DNA of 64,000 nucleotides, taken from Selaginella moellendorffii. Its lineage: Eukaryota > Plantae > Lycopodiophyta. The notes under the pieces were generated by a model. It was not told the DNA's origin. It worked only from the letters and a program-made list of their open reading frames with translations, and ran no database searches. The position numbers were made by a program, and so were the translations under genes. The DNA is taken from assembly GCF_000143415.4 (NCBI RefSeq), contig NW_003314264.1, positions 2,923,710 to 2,987,709 on the forward strand, given 5' to 3'. Within the stretch, counting starts at the first letter, position 1. Each line of letters starts with the position of its first letter. Positions 46,746 to 60,600 of the stretch are shown here, one piece after another.

Positions 46746-48042
46746 TGTAACACACGTGGTTTTTACCTTTTATCCTATAGTGATTTACCGTAGGATAACA
46801 CCATGAAGAAGAACCTAAACCCTCTATGTGCCACGTGTTCAAAGGACAGTGGTGTGGAACCCAAGGCTCAGGGCCACTAAACAAAGGAACGGTGCCAAAC
46901 TCCCAAGCATGGAGCCAAGGAGTGACTGAACCAGACCATGAAGCAACTCCTAAGCATACAACCCAAGGAGCGAAGGGACAAGAGCCCAGAATGACTTAGA
47001 ACAGTCTTAGAGAGATTAGCATCCCATTGCCAAGATTAGCATGCAAAATGGAGCTAAACGGAGTCTGGCGCTATTTCGGCATACCGGTGGCCTAAAGACA
47101 TTGGTACTCCACTAGCTAGCATGGAATGGAACTTGGGCTTATACCCAAGCCAGATGCAGAACAAGGATAGGCATGCAAGCGGGAGTTAAACTATGCCTTA
47201 GGTTAGTTGGCCATACCCGACTTACCCACTATCCCTACTATACATTTGGAACCCCCCACATCCCCCCCCCCCCCCCCATTGAGATCATCATTTTCATCTC
47301 TATATATGTAACGAGACTAATTCCCTAATCATTGGATAGTACTCGCTAAGACGTATTCTCTAATACCAAATGTAGCACACGTCCTATAGTAATTTACCAT
47401 AGGATAACACTACGAAGTGGAACCTAAACCCTCTATATGCCATGTATTATATGCCATGTGTCACATGCCACGTGTCCAAAAGACAGTGGTGTGGAACCCG
47501 AGGTTCAGGGCCTTGGGCCACTGAACAAAGGAATAGTGCCAAACTCCCAAGCATGGAGCCAAAGAGTGATTGAACCAGACTATGGAGCAACTCCCGAGCA
47601 TACAGCCCAAGGAGCGAAGGGATAGGAGCTTGGAGCGACTTGGAAAAATCCTAGAGCGACCAATATCCCATTGCCAGGACCAACACGCAAAATAGAGCTA
47701 AACGGAGTCTAGTACTATTTCGGCATACTAGTGGCATAATGCAAGGACATGGCTACTCCACCAGCTATCATGGAATAGAACTTGGGCTTATACCCAAGTT
47801 GGACGCAAAACAAGGACAAGCATGCAAGTAGGAGGCAAAACAAGGACAAGCATGCAAGTAGGAGGTAAACTATGCCTTAAGTTGGTCAGCCATACCCAAC
47901 TTACCCACTATCCCTACTATACATTTAGAACCCCCCATAGCCCCCCCACTGAGATCATCATTTTCATCTCTGCATATGTAACGAGACTAATTCTCTAATC
48001 TCATTGGATAGTACTCGCTGAGACGTATTCTCTAATACCAAA
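46746..48042 (-). repeat. Two tandem units of about 625-670 bp (family B partial LTR + PBS + about 95-nt leader), TRIM-like tandem array
   Basis: Units start with TGTAACAC (46746) and TGTAGCAC (47371). Each ends with ...gagatcatcattttcatct...ctctaataccaaa, matching 54040-54133. Confidence 0.88.
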
Positions 48043-51000
48043 TGTAGCACACGTGGTTTTACGTTTTATCCTATAGTGATTTACCGTAGGATAACACCAC
48101 AATGCAAAACCTAAACCCTCCATGTGCCACGTGTTATATGCCATATGTCACATGCCACATGTCCAAAGGACAGTGGTGTGGAACCCAAGGTTCAGGGCCT
48201 TGGGCCACTAAACGAAGGAACGGTGCCAAACTCCCAAGCATGGAGCCAAGGAGTGATTGAACCGGACCATGGAGCAACTCTCGAGCATATATCCCAAGGA
48301 GCAAAGGGACAGGAGTCCGGAACGACTTAGAACAGTCTTAGAGAGACTAGCATCCCATTGCCAGGACTAGCATGCAAAATGGAGATAAACAGAGTTTTGC
48401 ACTATTTCAGCATACCGGTGGCCTAACGTAAGGACATGGCTACTCCACTAGCTAGCATGGAATGAAACTTGGGCTTAGACCTAAGCCAGACATAGAACAA
48501 AGACAGGCATGTAAGTGGGAACTAAACTATGCCTCAGGTTTGTCGGCCATGCCTAACCTACTCACTACTCACTTTCCCCCCCCCCCCCCCCCCCCCACCC
48601 TCTAGGAACACACGCTTTGGGCTTTCATCCCAAGCCTCCCTTAATATCAAGAGTTACTAGCTTGAAACTTACTAAATATGGAATGTCCCTAGATTGTGAA
48701 TTTAGACACATGACAAACACCATTGTGTTCAGAACAATCTCTATATTCCATAGATGTGCCAAATGAGCAAATTTAGACATTTTCCATAATTAGCATTTGG
48801 GACCGAAATATAACACAAAGGGCATGATAGTGAGGGTGTTTGGTAGACACAATAAGTTATCATCTAGCAAATATTGAGGGACAAATCTCAATATTGCGAG
48901 TGTTCTTAATACTAGCAAGTGCAAGCCAATGACAGGAGTTTCTCAAATCAGGCTAAGTATGCTCAACAAGAAACACATAGGGTTCCTACCTTATGTTTAT
49001 CCGATTTAAGTGCACAGTTATTGACCAATTTCTCAATTAGCCCAAGTGGGAACTGATAATGGGTCCAGCAATATCGACCTCCTACCATCATGGCAGTAAG
49101 AAAATAGTGTCTATAAGGATTGGCTGATAGGTAATTTTTGATACCCGAAATCATATTCGTGACACTCTGCCCCCCTTAGAGAAGATCGATGTCCTTGTCG
49201 ATGCATACTCCAATCTAGACCACCGCCAAGGAAACAACTCCAGAAAAAGTTCACGGTGATCACACTCTGTGAGAAATGCACCAACTTAAATGAGTTAGGA
49301 AGCAACCTCTTTATCTAACGTGGATGCAATACCAACTCAGACACCTTCCGGTTGTCGCTAACAAAGAAATGACCAACGGAGTTAACCACCCTTGTTGTTC
49401 TGGATGTCACCTAGCTTACAAAAGTGTGATATACCCCTACCCACATGGACATAGAGAGAGAAGCCAGAGGCCACAACCCTCCTAAACAAAGAAACCAAAC
49501 CCATCGGTAAGGTTTAGATAAACTACTATAAATAGGCAGTTATAGTGGTTTACATAGTCATGCCCTTTTAACGGAATAGAGAACATTGACAAAAAGGTGA
49601 GTGATGTGACCAATCGACAGTAGTTACCCTGTGATTAGAGATTTCACCATACACATGAAGTGCCAAAGCCAGTCTGCCTATACTGGCCCAAACTCAAAGA
49701 TCAATAGATGGATAATATCAAAGTTAGAGACAATAATATCTTAGAGTCTTAATTATTAGTGAATAAATTTTATATTAGAACATAAAAGTATTCCAAGTAA
49801 GTTATCATCTGATAGACCACTAGTAGAGTATAGAAACCACCAAGATCACTATCATTGGAAAACATAGAATTCACTATCCAATAAAATTCAATAACAAAGG
49901 TATCATCAAGTAAACTCAATGACAAATCTTAACTAGTGAAAATTATAGACAGTATGCTAAACAACTTACGAAAGAAAATTCAAAAAACACAAAGTATCAT
50001 TGATTGACAAACAAAATGCTTGCGAATATATCACCCAAAGGAAATAACATCTCAATTTATCAGAACTAACTCAAGCAATGATCAACAGAACAGAATGACT
50101 ATTGTAAGACCAACAAACATAATGTTCATGCTAACTATTGCACTAGCGAATCTGAATAGATCTCAGTCACAATACGAAAGAACTCAAGTTGCTTAAGCAA
50201 GTGTCAGCAACATCCTATCGATGTCTCAAACCCAAGAAACCAATCCAAAGCAAACCACAAAGAACATATGGTAATGCGAAAAGCCAAAAATCATCAAAGA
50301 AAACAACTAACCATTATGAAGATTATCAATCATCCCATTAATAGAGATATGCATAATCATCATCAAAAAAGAAATCGATCATCCCACAGAATGGTAAATC
50401 ATTCTACATTAACAATAATCAAGAAAAAATCTTTGACAAAGATAATCAACTATCCGAGATGATAGTCAATCATCACCAATAATTGCTAAATGCAAAAACC
50501 AACTTCAACATCAAAGCTAATAAGCCAAAATGCTTTCCCTTAACAACTCCGAACAAATAAAATAATGAGCATGAAAATTTAAAAAATCAAAAGCTTGAAG
50601 AAGTCTATAGCTAAGTCTTGCATAATAATGATCACAAGCTTCACATGAACTAATTTCAATGCTAAAAAAGAAATCATGGTACAACCCACAACATTCTTCT
50701 CAACACATCCATAAGCTAAATTTTATAATGCAAAGTTAATCAAGAGCATATCTGCATCAATCCAAAAGCCAAACACAATGGAGCTATGCTCAACAAGTGA
50801 TCACCAAACAATCCTCTATGAATCCATCTATAGCACGACATAACTCACTAAATAACAAGCATGAGAAAAATAATCAATGACCAATATATCTCAACTGAAA
50901 TTGAACAAGGATTCAATCATTTCAATATTGATCACTAACTCTTTCTCTCATAAAGCTAGCATAATTCACGACTAAATCACGTTTCAAGGAAAAGCTCAAA

Positions 51001-54000
51001 GCTCAACCCCTACTAAACAATCTCGTCTATGACACAATTAACTCAAATTTGCCACTCAGTTCATTTGAACGTCAATATAATTGCTAACTAGCAAATGCAC
51101 GAATGCTAATAACATAAAACTATAACTAAATCATTAACACTATCTTCATCAAGACTAATGAAACTTGACATCTATCTTAAGGAGAGACATCTCATTTCAC
51201 TCAAATCTCAACACCAACAATATCAATAACAAGGCATCACGTCAATGCCATCAACACCATAACAAAGGTAAAAGAAAGCAAGAGTGAATCACCACCAAAA
51301 ACTCTCTAGCAACCAAGCTAACCAAAGTTGAAGATACTTTAGTTAGTATTCGAGACCAATCCTTCAACAACACTTAGTTACAGATAACACATCATCAAAA
51401 AGTGAACCACCACATCCAAGACTTAATGAAATCCAACATCATGAACTAAACGCAACCAAATGACATCAACAAAGGTAAAATTGATATACCAACATGGAAA
51501 AACCATGCAAATTTAATAACATGATCCTCCATAACACCACCCGGTAAAGCAAGTTTATCACTGCTAAATCATCATCGAGCAAAACAAGTGTCAAACAGTC
51601 CTCAATGAAATCTACAAACAATCATTAGTTGTCAAGCAACTAACAATCACTCTTTTAACTTGCCTTCACAAGACCCAACACTAAACTTATATCATTGAGT
51701 CATATACTTGGTCAACATAAACATAATACCCCAAGTACGAGATAAAGGTTCATGGTCAAGCAAAATTAAATGACCATTCTAATCCAACTTAACCGCAATA
51801 AACTCACTAATATATTTAACCACTAGCTCTGAGCATGCCTTGAAGAGGCTAATTATACATGATTAACACTTATTCAAAACTAAAGTGAAGACCATGAGAT
51901 GGACTCATATTAGTACACAACCTCCTTATAGACAAAGCTATAGTACGAGGACCAACATCTTAACCTTAAATAATTAAATTGGACATCACTACCCTTAGCC
52001 AAGGTGTAGGGCTACCAAGACTTAATAAAGATCAGTGAAAGCTCACTACTCTCATAAAGTCTAATGAAATGCAAAGTGCAACCTGCCACTAAGTATAATG
52101 CTATAAAAGAAAAGCACAAGGGTCACCCTTCTTAAAAAAACGCAATAGCCACTTTTCTACACCAACTCTAGACTTTATTCAACTCAATTGCCTTAGCCCC
52201 AAAAGTTAGCATCCCTTTCGAGCTGCATCATACAACTGTTTACTAAAGTTTAAGCCAACTGAAATCAACTCCAACCCCTTTATTAGTATGTATTAACTTT
52301 TTGAAAACAAAATGGTTTTTGAGCAAAGTGCCTAATAGATCAGCCATTGGAAAAGTCTAAAAAAGTTTGTGGAAAATTTTTCATCCTAGAAAAAGAATGA
52401 CTTTTAGTCTAGGAATACAAACTTTCAAGACTCAATCAACTTCCTTCTAATAACAATTTCATATAGGTTCACCTCAACACAAATTCTCGAAACCCATAAT
52501 ATGCTTAAGCATCTAACATCTTTTTGCCCATACTTCCGACATCCAACACCGATATCCACAAAAATGCAAAATGAACATCCAAGGCTTGATTATGAAGACT
52601 ATATCTTTGGATATCCACATTGCACTAACATTTTTCTTCAATCACCTTCAACATCCAATGTGAAGCCAGGACACTAACAAGAAAAATGACATGGAAAATC
52701 AAGCTCTAAGGAAAAATTCCTCATCACTCAAAATAACAATGTCATTTCTACTAACACAAGTGTTAGCAATGTTAATGCCTCAACCTCACATTTTCTCTAT
52801 CCAACAATCTACTCCAAGTGTTAGCAAATTAACCGACAAGCCATAGTAAGTAATGTTATAACCTTTACCAACACCTTAATGGGCAAACTCAAAGAACTAA
52901 AGAACTAACTTAACCTTAGCATAATGAACTATTATCGAGAATTCAGTCAAAGGTACTATAATGCTACTACATGCAAGTAGACTAGCTTCTCTATCAACCA
53001 CTTTGGGGTTGATCATCTTTTAACTAAGCAACTTCGTCAACATATTACTCATTATCACATGGATATAATATAAATATCACAATGACTAATCATCAATTAA
53101 GAAATACCACAAGCAACACCCATATCACTACTACAAAGGTTTACATGAGTATCAAGTGTCAACTCGATTCGACAAAATGTAACATAAATACCACACCCCA
53201 CCAATAGAGATTTACAACACTGAATACCACCAACTTTTGTTCACAACACAAACAAGCTCATGCCACTCTCTTTTTTACCAAACTCAAAACTAATCCAACA
53301 CCAAACTACTCAAAGAGCAATAGCAAGGTTCTCGGAAAAGAATTGAGCATTGTAACTTAAAAGTCTTTAATAGCAAACCTAAACAAAATGGTATAATACT
53401 TCACCACTATCCATCCCATGACTCACCACTTGTAAGACTATAATTTCCAACATGCATCAAGATAGGGACTCTTGATTGCATAATGTGAACACGAGCAATG
53501 AGTCACATCTCATTGCAAATCATCTCCTCAAGAAGAGAAAATGATTTACATGTTTGATCCTTCGTCCCTAAGAACTCTCTTTTCGGTCTTATCTTTTGAC
53601 TAAACCTCAAGCTTGCATTTGCACTGCCTTCAGTCCAATCCAAGAAAAGTTTATGAGAGAGCACGGGAATGATTACTTGATCATGCCTAGGAAGGATCCA
53701 CTAGTGCCATGCTAAACAGCTACGGACCAACTTATTTGCTAGTCATATCAAACCCAGAGAAGGTTTACTTTCACCCATGGTACATGGAACAACTCATGGA
53801 ATTACTGGAACAACTCATGGAACCACCAATAGGCTAACATTAATCCTACCAACTCAAAGTGTAACCTCGAGTTGCTAATGTGCCTCACTCACAAGCCCAA
53901 GCGTAAACTCACACAAACAGAACATTTCACATCCATCTTATGAGCCCAAGAGCAAGCTCATATAATGCGGTACAAAAAAGTAACCAAAATTCATACCCAA

Positions 54001-55152
54001 GGAACGATTGCGAAGCCTTTGCACCCAAACGTGTACCCATTCGGATCATCATTTTCATCTTTGCATATGCAACGAGACTAGTTCCCCAATCTCATTGGAT
54101 AGTCCTCGCTAAGACGTATTCTCTAATACCAAATGTAGCGCACATGGTTTTATCCTTTATCCTATAATGATTTACTGTAGGATAACACCACGAAGCGGAA
54201 CCTAAACCCTCCATGTGCCACATGTTATATGCCATATGTCACATGCCACATGTCCAAAGGACAGTGGTGTGGAACTCGAGGTTCAGAGCCTTGGGCCACT
54301 GAACAAAGGAACAGTGCCAAACTCCCAAGCATAGAGCCAAGGAGTGATTGAACCGGACCATGGAGCAATTCCCGAGAATACAACCCAAGAAGCGAAGGGA
54401 CAGGAGCCCGGAACGACTTAGAACAGTCTTAGAGAGACTAGCATCCCATTGCCAGGACCAACGCGCAAATGGAGCTAACAGAGTTTTGCACTATTTCGGC
54501 ATACCGGTGGCCTAACGCAGGACATGGCTACTCCACCAGCTAGCATGCATTGAAACTTGGGCTTAGACCCAAGTCGGACACAGAACAAGGACAAACATGC
54601 AAGTGAGAGCTAAATTATGCCTTATGTTGGTTGGCCATGCCTAACCTACCCACTATCCCCCCCACATCCCCCTCCACCTCCCCCTAGGAACACACGCTTT
54701 GGGCTTTCATCCCAAGCCTCCCTTAATATCAAGAGTTAGCTAGCTTAAAACTTACTAAATATGGAATGTCCCTAGATTGTGAATTTAGACATGGGATAAA
54801 CACCATTGTGTTCAGAACAATCTCTATATTCCATAGATATGCCAAATGAGCAAATTTAGATATTTTCCATAATTAGCATTTGGGACTGAAATAAGACTAA
54901 CAGAAAGGGCATGATAGCGAGGGTGTTTGGTAAACACAATAAATTATCATTTAGCAAATATTGAGGGATAAATCTCAATATCACAGGGGTTCTTGATACT
55001 AGCAAGTGTAAGCCAATGACAGGAGTTTCTCAAACCAGGCCAAGTATGCTCAACAAGAAACACATAGGGTTCCTACCTTATATTTATCCAATTTAAGTGC
55101 ACAATCATTGATCAATTTCTTAATTAGCCCAAGTGGGAATTGATAATGGGTC
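48043..55152 (-). mobile_element. Family B: decayed gypsy-like LTR retrotransposon; 3' LTR 48043-49164, 5' LTR 54134-55152 (interrupted by family A)
   Basis: LTR TGTAGCAC...GTGACA; minus-strand PPT AAGGGGGGCAGAG at 49177-49165; minus-strand PBS TGGTATTAGAG at 54131-54121. The interior is stop-ridden, with only faint RT/RNase H-like remnants around 52.2-52.6 kb on the minus strand. Confidence 0.85.
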
Positions 55153-57650
55153 TGTAAGACACAAAATCCCTAGGCCCCAAAGCGGAGCCAGAAGGGCGCC
55201 ACGTGGTAGTGGCCGAAGCAAAAGTCAAACGAGCGTAACATGTTTGGACTAAAAGCTCCGACTTGGAAGGTCAAGAGCGGGAGTGGAACTCCCAACAAAG
55301 TGCTTGAGGAGCGAGCACGAGGCAACCAATAAGCAAGGCTCCAAAAAGGGACCCAAAAAGGACCAACACATACGTGGAAGTGTCTGAGATGGACTCCGAG
55401 ATGGAGTCCGAGGTGGACCGAGACGGAGTCCAAGATGGAGTCTTAGATGGAGTCCGAGATGGAGTCCGAGGTGGACCGAGACGGAGTCCGAGATGGAGTC
55501 CGAGATGGTCCGAGACGGAGTCCGAGATGGAGTCCGAGATGGACCCGAGATGGAATCCGAGATGGAGTCCGAGATGGACCCGAGATGGACCCGAGATGGA
55601 ATCCGAGATGGAGTCCGAGATGGACCCGAGATGGAGTCCGAGGTCAAAACCGAGACTGGGACTGAGACCGAGACCGAGACCGAGACCGGGACCGGGACCG
55701 AGACCGAGACCGAGACCGGGACCGAGACCGAGGCCGAGGCCGAGACCGAGTCCGAATCCGAGTCCGAGTCCGAGTCCGAGTCCGAGTCCGAGTCCGAGTC
55801 CGGAGCCTGAGAGGGTGAAAGCCCAAAGCGTTCGTCTCCCAGACCCTGGGGGGTTTGGTGAGCTCCAAAAGTATAGTAGGGGGAGGACTGCAGTGGAGCC
55901 AGTTTGGCCAGGAAAGGCCAGTTTGGCCCAGGAAGGCCGGACCCAGTGTTGGGTGATGAGCTGCCCACTGGGAAGTCCAAAACTAGAGTGAACACGGACC
56001 GACAAGCGGGGTAGCTTGGTGAAGTGTTCAAGAGCCGGCTCTAGTTCCCCCGGAAGATCGACTGGCCGATGCTCCCAGTCCAAGTGTGGGTGGCACTACC
56101 TACTTGGATACCAGGCGTGGCTCAACGGAACCTCGCTCTAAGCCCATGGCTAGAGCACCTAAAGGCGAAAGGTGGGGAGAGTACCCAGGTGGCTTGCGTA
56201 AGGCCACGGTGTTCCGAAATGGTGTCCCAAAGTCCCAGACTGTGGAAAGGAAGAGGGGTAGCCCTCGGGTGGGGTGACCAAGGACACAGTCACACAGTGA
56301 GGAAGTCCTCAAGGATAGTGGGACTTAGTGGTCGGGCCGGTGGGCCTTGATCCAGTGGCAGTGTTGGCGAACACAGCCAAGGACAGAAAGGGACTTGGTG
56401 GGGACCAGAACAGAGATATTGGGGAAGGCTATTCCCCATGTCTGTAGGCATCCTAAGGATGTTAAGGAGTGGATCTGGGATGATCCCTCATGGACGGATG
56501 ACCCAGTCTTTGAGAGACGGGATTGGAATGCAGGTGGTGTTGGACCACCAGTGTGACCAAGGTAATTGGGCATGGCCTTAGCGTAACGGGCCGATATGTC
56601 GGTGGTACCTTGGGGTGTCTATCATGGGATCGGACACGTGGAGCACTTGGACCAAGTGCTAAGGTTGAGTGGCATGGATGCCATTCTCGGGGCTAGCAAG
56701 CCCCAAGTCCTGAGTTGGACTTATGGAGGTTGTGAATGAGACTCCTCCAAGTGGTCAGAGGTGTGGTTAAGTGACTAAAGTAGAATGGAAAAATTAGTCG
56801 CTTACATCGATATAGTAAGTCAATGTCATAAACGGGAATGCTCATTGTTAGGAGGCCATCATTGGGACACCCAAACACTCTAGAACACCAGGAGGTGGTG
56901 TTTCGTGTCGCAAAGGCAATAGATAAGGCCCAAGGGACTAAGTCCTTAGCGAATGATGGATAGTAGATGCTATCCAAATGTACAAGGTTGTGGAGACAGG
57001 AGAAGACTGTTTACCCGAATTGGACAAAGCCAAAAATGAAATTTTGGCAAGGCTAGTGATGGGTATGTAAGGGCCCATAAGTAGCAACGTTAATCCCAAT
57101 GTGTGCGATTATAAGGTGAGCATGCCCAAGATTGAGGAACCACTCCCTAGGCTATCGGGTAGGTTCATATGGGTAGACCTATTAAGGGGTCAAGATGAGA
57201 TCACCAGGTGATCTTGTGGCTAAACAAAGACAAAGTCTTTGTTTGGGTTAAGGAATATGATTCCTAGTTCAAAGTGTTGATTTGAACTATTGATAATGGT
57301 GTGGCTTGGTCAAAGTGACCAAATGGGAAGAACACCTAAAGGAAATGAGCTATGTCAATGTTGTGGCATAGTAAGTCCGAGGAAGGTAATCTCTATATGA
57401 GATGCAAGGGAGGATCTCAAAAGTTGGGCTGTGGATAGAGCCCACAGCAGAAAATGTTAAAGAGACGTACTAAAGGTGAACACCCTCTGGACTTGGCAAA
57501 GCAAAGTGTTTGCTATGGAATTGAAAGAAAACCTCAAAAATGGAGGTAGTGATCCTATATTGCTGGGTGCAACAATCAAGGATAGAAGCAAAAGACTAGT
57601 GGTTAAAAAAAGAGCCATGGGAATCCTGGGAAAGAATCCAAATGGCAAAG
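55153..57650 (+). mobile_element. Family A copy 2: LTR (55153-56806) followed by a deleted, diverged internal fragment (56807-57650); opposite orientation to copies 1 and 3
   Basis: TGTAAGACAC...GTCGCTTACA is the reverse complement of the family A LTR. Downstream sequence matches the reverse complement of about 40311-39950 and then about 38740-38280. No PBS and no matching TSD. Confidence 0.9.
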
Positions 57651-60600
57651 TGTAAGCGACTAAATTTTCCATTCTACTTTAGTCACTTAACCACACCTCT
57701 GACCACTTGGAGGAGTCTCATTCACAACCTCCATAAGTCCAATCCAGGACTTGGGACTTGCTAGCCCCGAGAATGGCATCCATGCCACTCAACATTTGCA
57801 CTTGGTCCAAGTGCTCCACGTGTCCGATCCCATGACCGACACTCAAAGGTACCACCGACATAGCAGCCCGTTACGCTAAGGCCATGCCCAATCACCTTTG
57901 CCACACTAGTAGTCCAATACCACTTGCATCACCGTCTTCGCTCTCCAAGACTAGGCAAACCATCCGTGAGTGGTCATCTCAGATCCACTCCTTAGCATCC
58001 TTAGGATGCCCACCGACAAGGGGAATAGCCTTCCCCAATATCCCTCTGTCAGTCCCCACTAAGTCCCTTTTCGCCCCTGGCCTTGTTTGCCAACACTGCC
58101 ACTGGATCGAGACCCACAGGCCCGACCACTAAGTCCCACGGTCCTCTGGGACTTCGTCACCACACGACTGTGTCCTTGGTCACTACCCTAGAGGACTGCT
58201 CCTCTTCCTTTCCACAGTCTGGGCCTTTGGGACAACATTTCGGAACACCGTGGCCTTACACGAGCCACCTGGGTACTCTCCTCGCCTTCTGCCCTTGGGT
58301 GCTCTAGCCATGGGCTTAGAGCGGGTTCCGTTGAGCCACACCTCGTATCCAAGTAGGTAGTGCCACCCACACTTGGACTGGGAGCATCGGCCAGTCGATC
58401 TCCCGGGGGAACTAGAGCCGGCTCTTGAACACTTCACCAAGCTACCCCGCTTGTCGGTCTGTGTTCACTCTAGTCTTGGACTTCCCAGTGGGCAGCTCAT
58501 CACCCAACACTGGGTCCGGCCTTCCTGGGCCAAACTAGCCTTTCCTGGCCAAACTGGCTCCACTGCAGTCCTCCCCCTACTATACTTTTGGAGCTCACCA
58601 AACCCCCCAGGGTCTGGGAGACGAACGCTTTGGGCTTTCACCCTCTCAGGCTCCGGACTCGGACTCGGACTCGGACTCGGACTCGGACTCGGACTCGGAC
58701 TCGGACTCGGCCTCGGCCTCGGTCTCGGTCTCGGTCCCGATCTCGGTCTCGGTCTCGGTCTCGGTCCCGGTCCCGGTCTCGGTCTCGACTTCGGACTCGA
58801 TCTCGGACTCCATCTCGGACTCCATCTCGGGTCCATCTCGGACTCCATCTCGGGTCCATCTCGGACTCCATCTCGGGTCCATCTCGGACTCCATCTCGGG
58901 TCCATCTCGGACTCCATCTCGGACTCCATCTCGGGTCCATCTCGGACTCCATCTCGGACTCCATTTCAGGTCCATCTCGGGTCCACCTCGGACTCCATCT
59001 CGGACTCCATCTCGCACTCCATCTCGGGTCCATCTCGGACTCCATCTCGGACTCCATCTCGGGTCCATCTCGGACTCCATCTCGGACTCCATCTCGGGTC
59101 CATCTCGGACTCCATTTCGGACTCCAACTCGGGTCCATCTCGGACTCCATTTCGGACTCCAACTCGGGTCCATCTCGGACTCGGACTCCACTTCGGACTC
59201 CAACTCGAGTCCATCTCGGACACTTCCACGTGTCATGTGTTGGTCCTTTTGGGTCCCTTTTTGGAGCCTCGCCTTTTGCTCGCTTCGTGCTCGTTCCTCG
59301 AGCACTTCGTTGGGAGTTCCACTCCCGCTCTTGACTTTTCAAGTCGGAGCTTTTGGTCCAAACGTGTTACGCTCGTTTGGCTCTTGCTTCGGCCACTACC
59401 ATGTGGCACCCTTCCGGCTCCACTTTGGGGCCTAGGGATTTTGTGTCTCACAACTCCACCACCCATAGACGAAGTTCGATGTCCTCATCGAACGGTGAAC
59501 CATTTTATAAAGTAACACCCGCATGTGTTACCATTTCCATCCTTGGCACGTAGCCAATATTTGTCAATGGTGTGACATTGAAGGCTCACCATGCCTTCTC
59601 CATATTCGTCAATGGTTGGACATTGAAGGCTCACCATGCCTTTTGCATATCCTCTAAGGAGGGTAGTCTCTCCAACTTAGAGACTGATTGGACCACATAT
59701 AGTGGTTCTCTCCTTTTATTGGTTTAGTTCTCGCTAAACCTCTTAGAGACCCTTCTCTAAGTCAATCCCACTACTTCTCGAGTAGTCTCAATTTCCATCG
59801 ATATAACCTTTGCACTTTGGAACTTTGAATTTTGACTTCTTGGAGTCAATTTCCTAGGTGTCTTCGACACCTTGCCTTGCACCTTTTGTGCAACTCCACT
59901 TCCCATCCTAGGAAGTTCTCTACTCGAGGGCACCATCATCCTCTCTTCTATTTCGTGCCAAAGTTCCAGTTATCATACTTTGTGCTAGGGCTGTTCATGG
60001 CCCTATCATTTGGCTACCTTACCGCTCCCTCCCTTGGAGCTTCCACTTTCACCAAATCGGAGCATTTCGGAATCCTTCCTTGGAAACACACTTCCTTTCC
60101 CGCAACTTGTTAGCGTCCAACACATTAGTGTTCCTCACCTAACTTTGTCACTTGGATTCCTTCCAAGGGATTCCACGGCCCTATCTTGGCCACTCATATT
60201 TTGCTCCTATCCATTGATTGTTGCACCAAGCAACATCGAATCTCTACCTCCCTCCTTGAGGTATTGTTTCGGTTCCATAGCAAAGACTCTTCTTTGCCAA
60301 GTCCGGAGGATGTTCACCCCTAGTACGTCTCTTTAGCATCTTCTGCTATGGGCTCTATCCACGGCCCAACTTCGTGACCCTCCCATGGGTCTTTTATAAA
60401 GACTACTTTCCTCGGACTCACTATGCCATCGCACGGACATAGTTTATTTCCCTTAGGTGCTCTTCCCACTTGGTCATCACGACCAAGCCACACCACCTTA
60501 AACAGTTCAATTTCAACATTTTGAACCAGGAACTTCATTCCTTAGCCAACCAAGGACCTTGTCCTTATCTGGCCATAAGATCACCTAGTGATCTCACCTT

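Noticed and set aside
47805-47865. 30-bp tandem duplication in a family B unit (and short repeats near 53783-53822 and 14525-14568)
   Set aside because: Ordinary slippage products with no sign of function.
56347-56556. Protein-looking 69-aa ORF in the family A LTR
   Set aside because: Non-ATG start, and interrupted by stops in other LTR copies.
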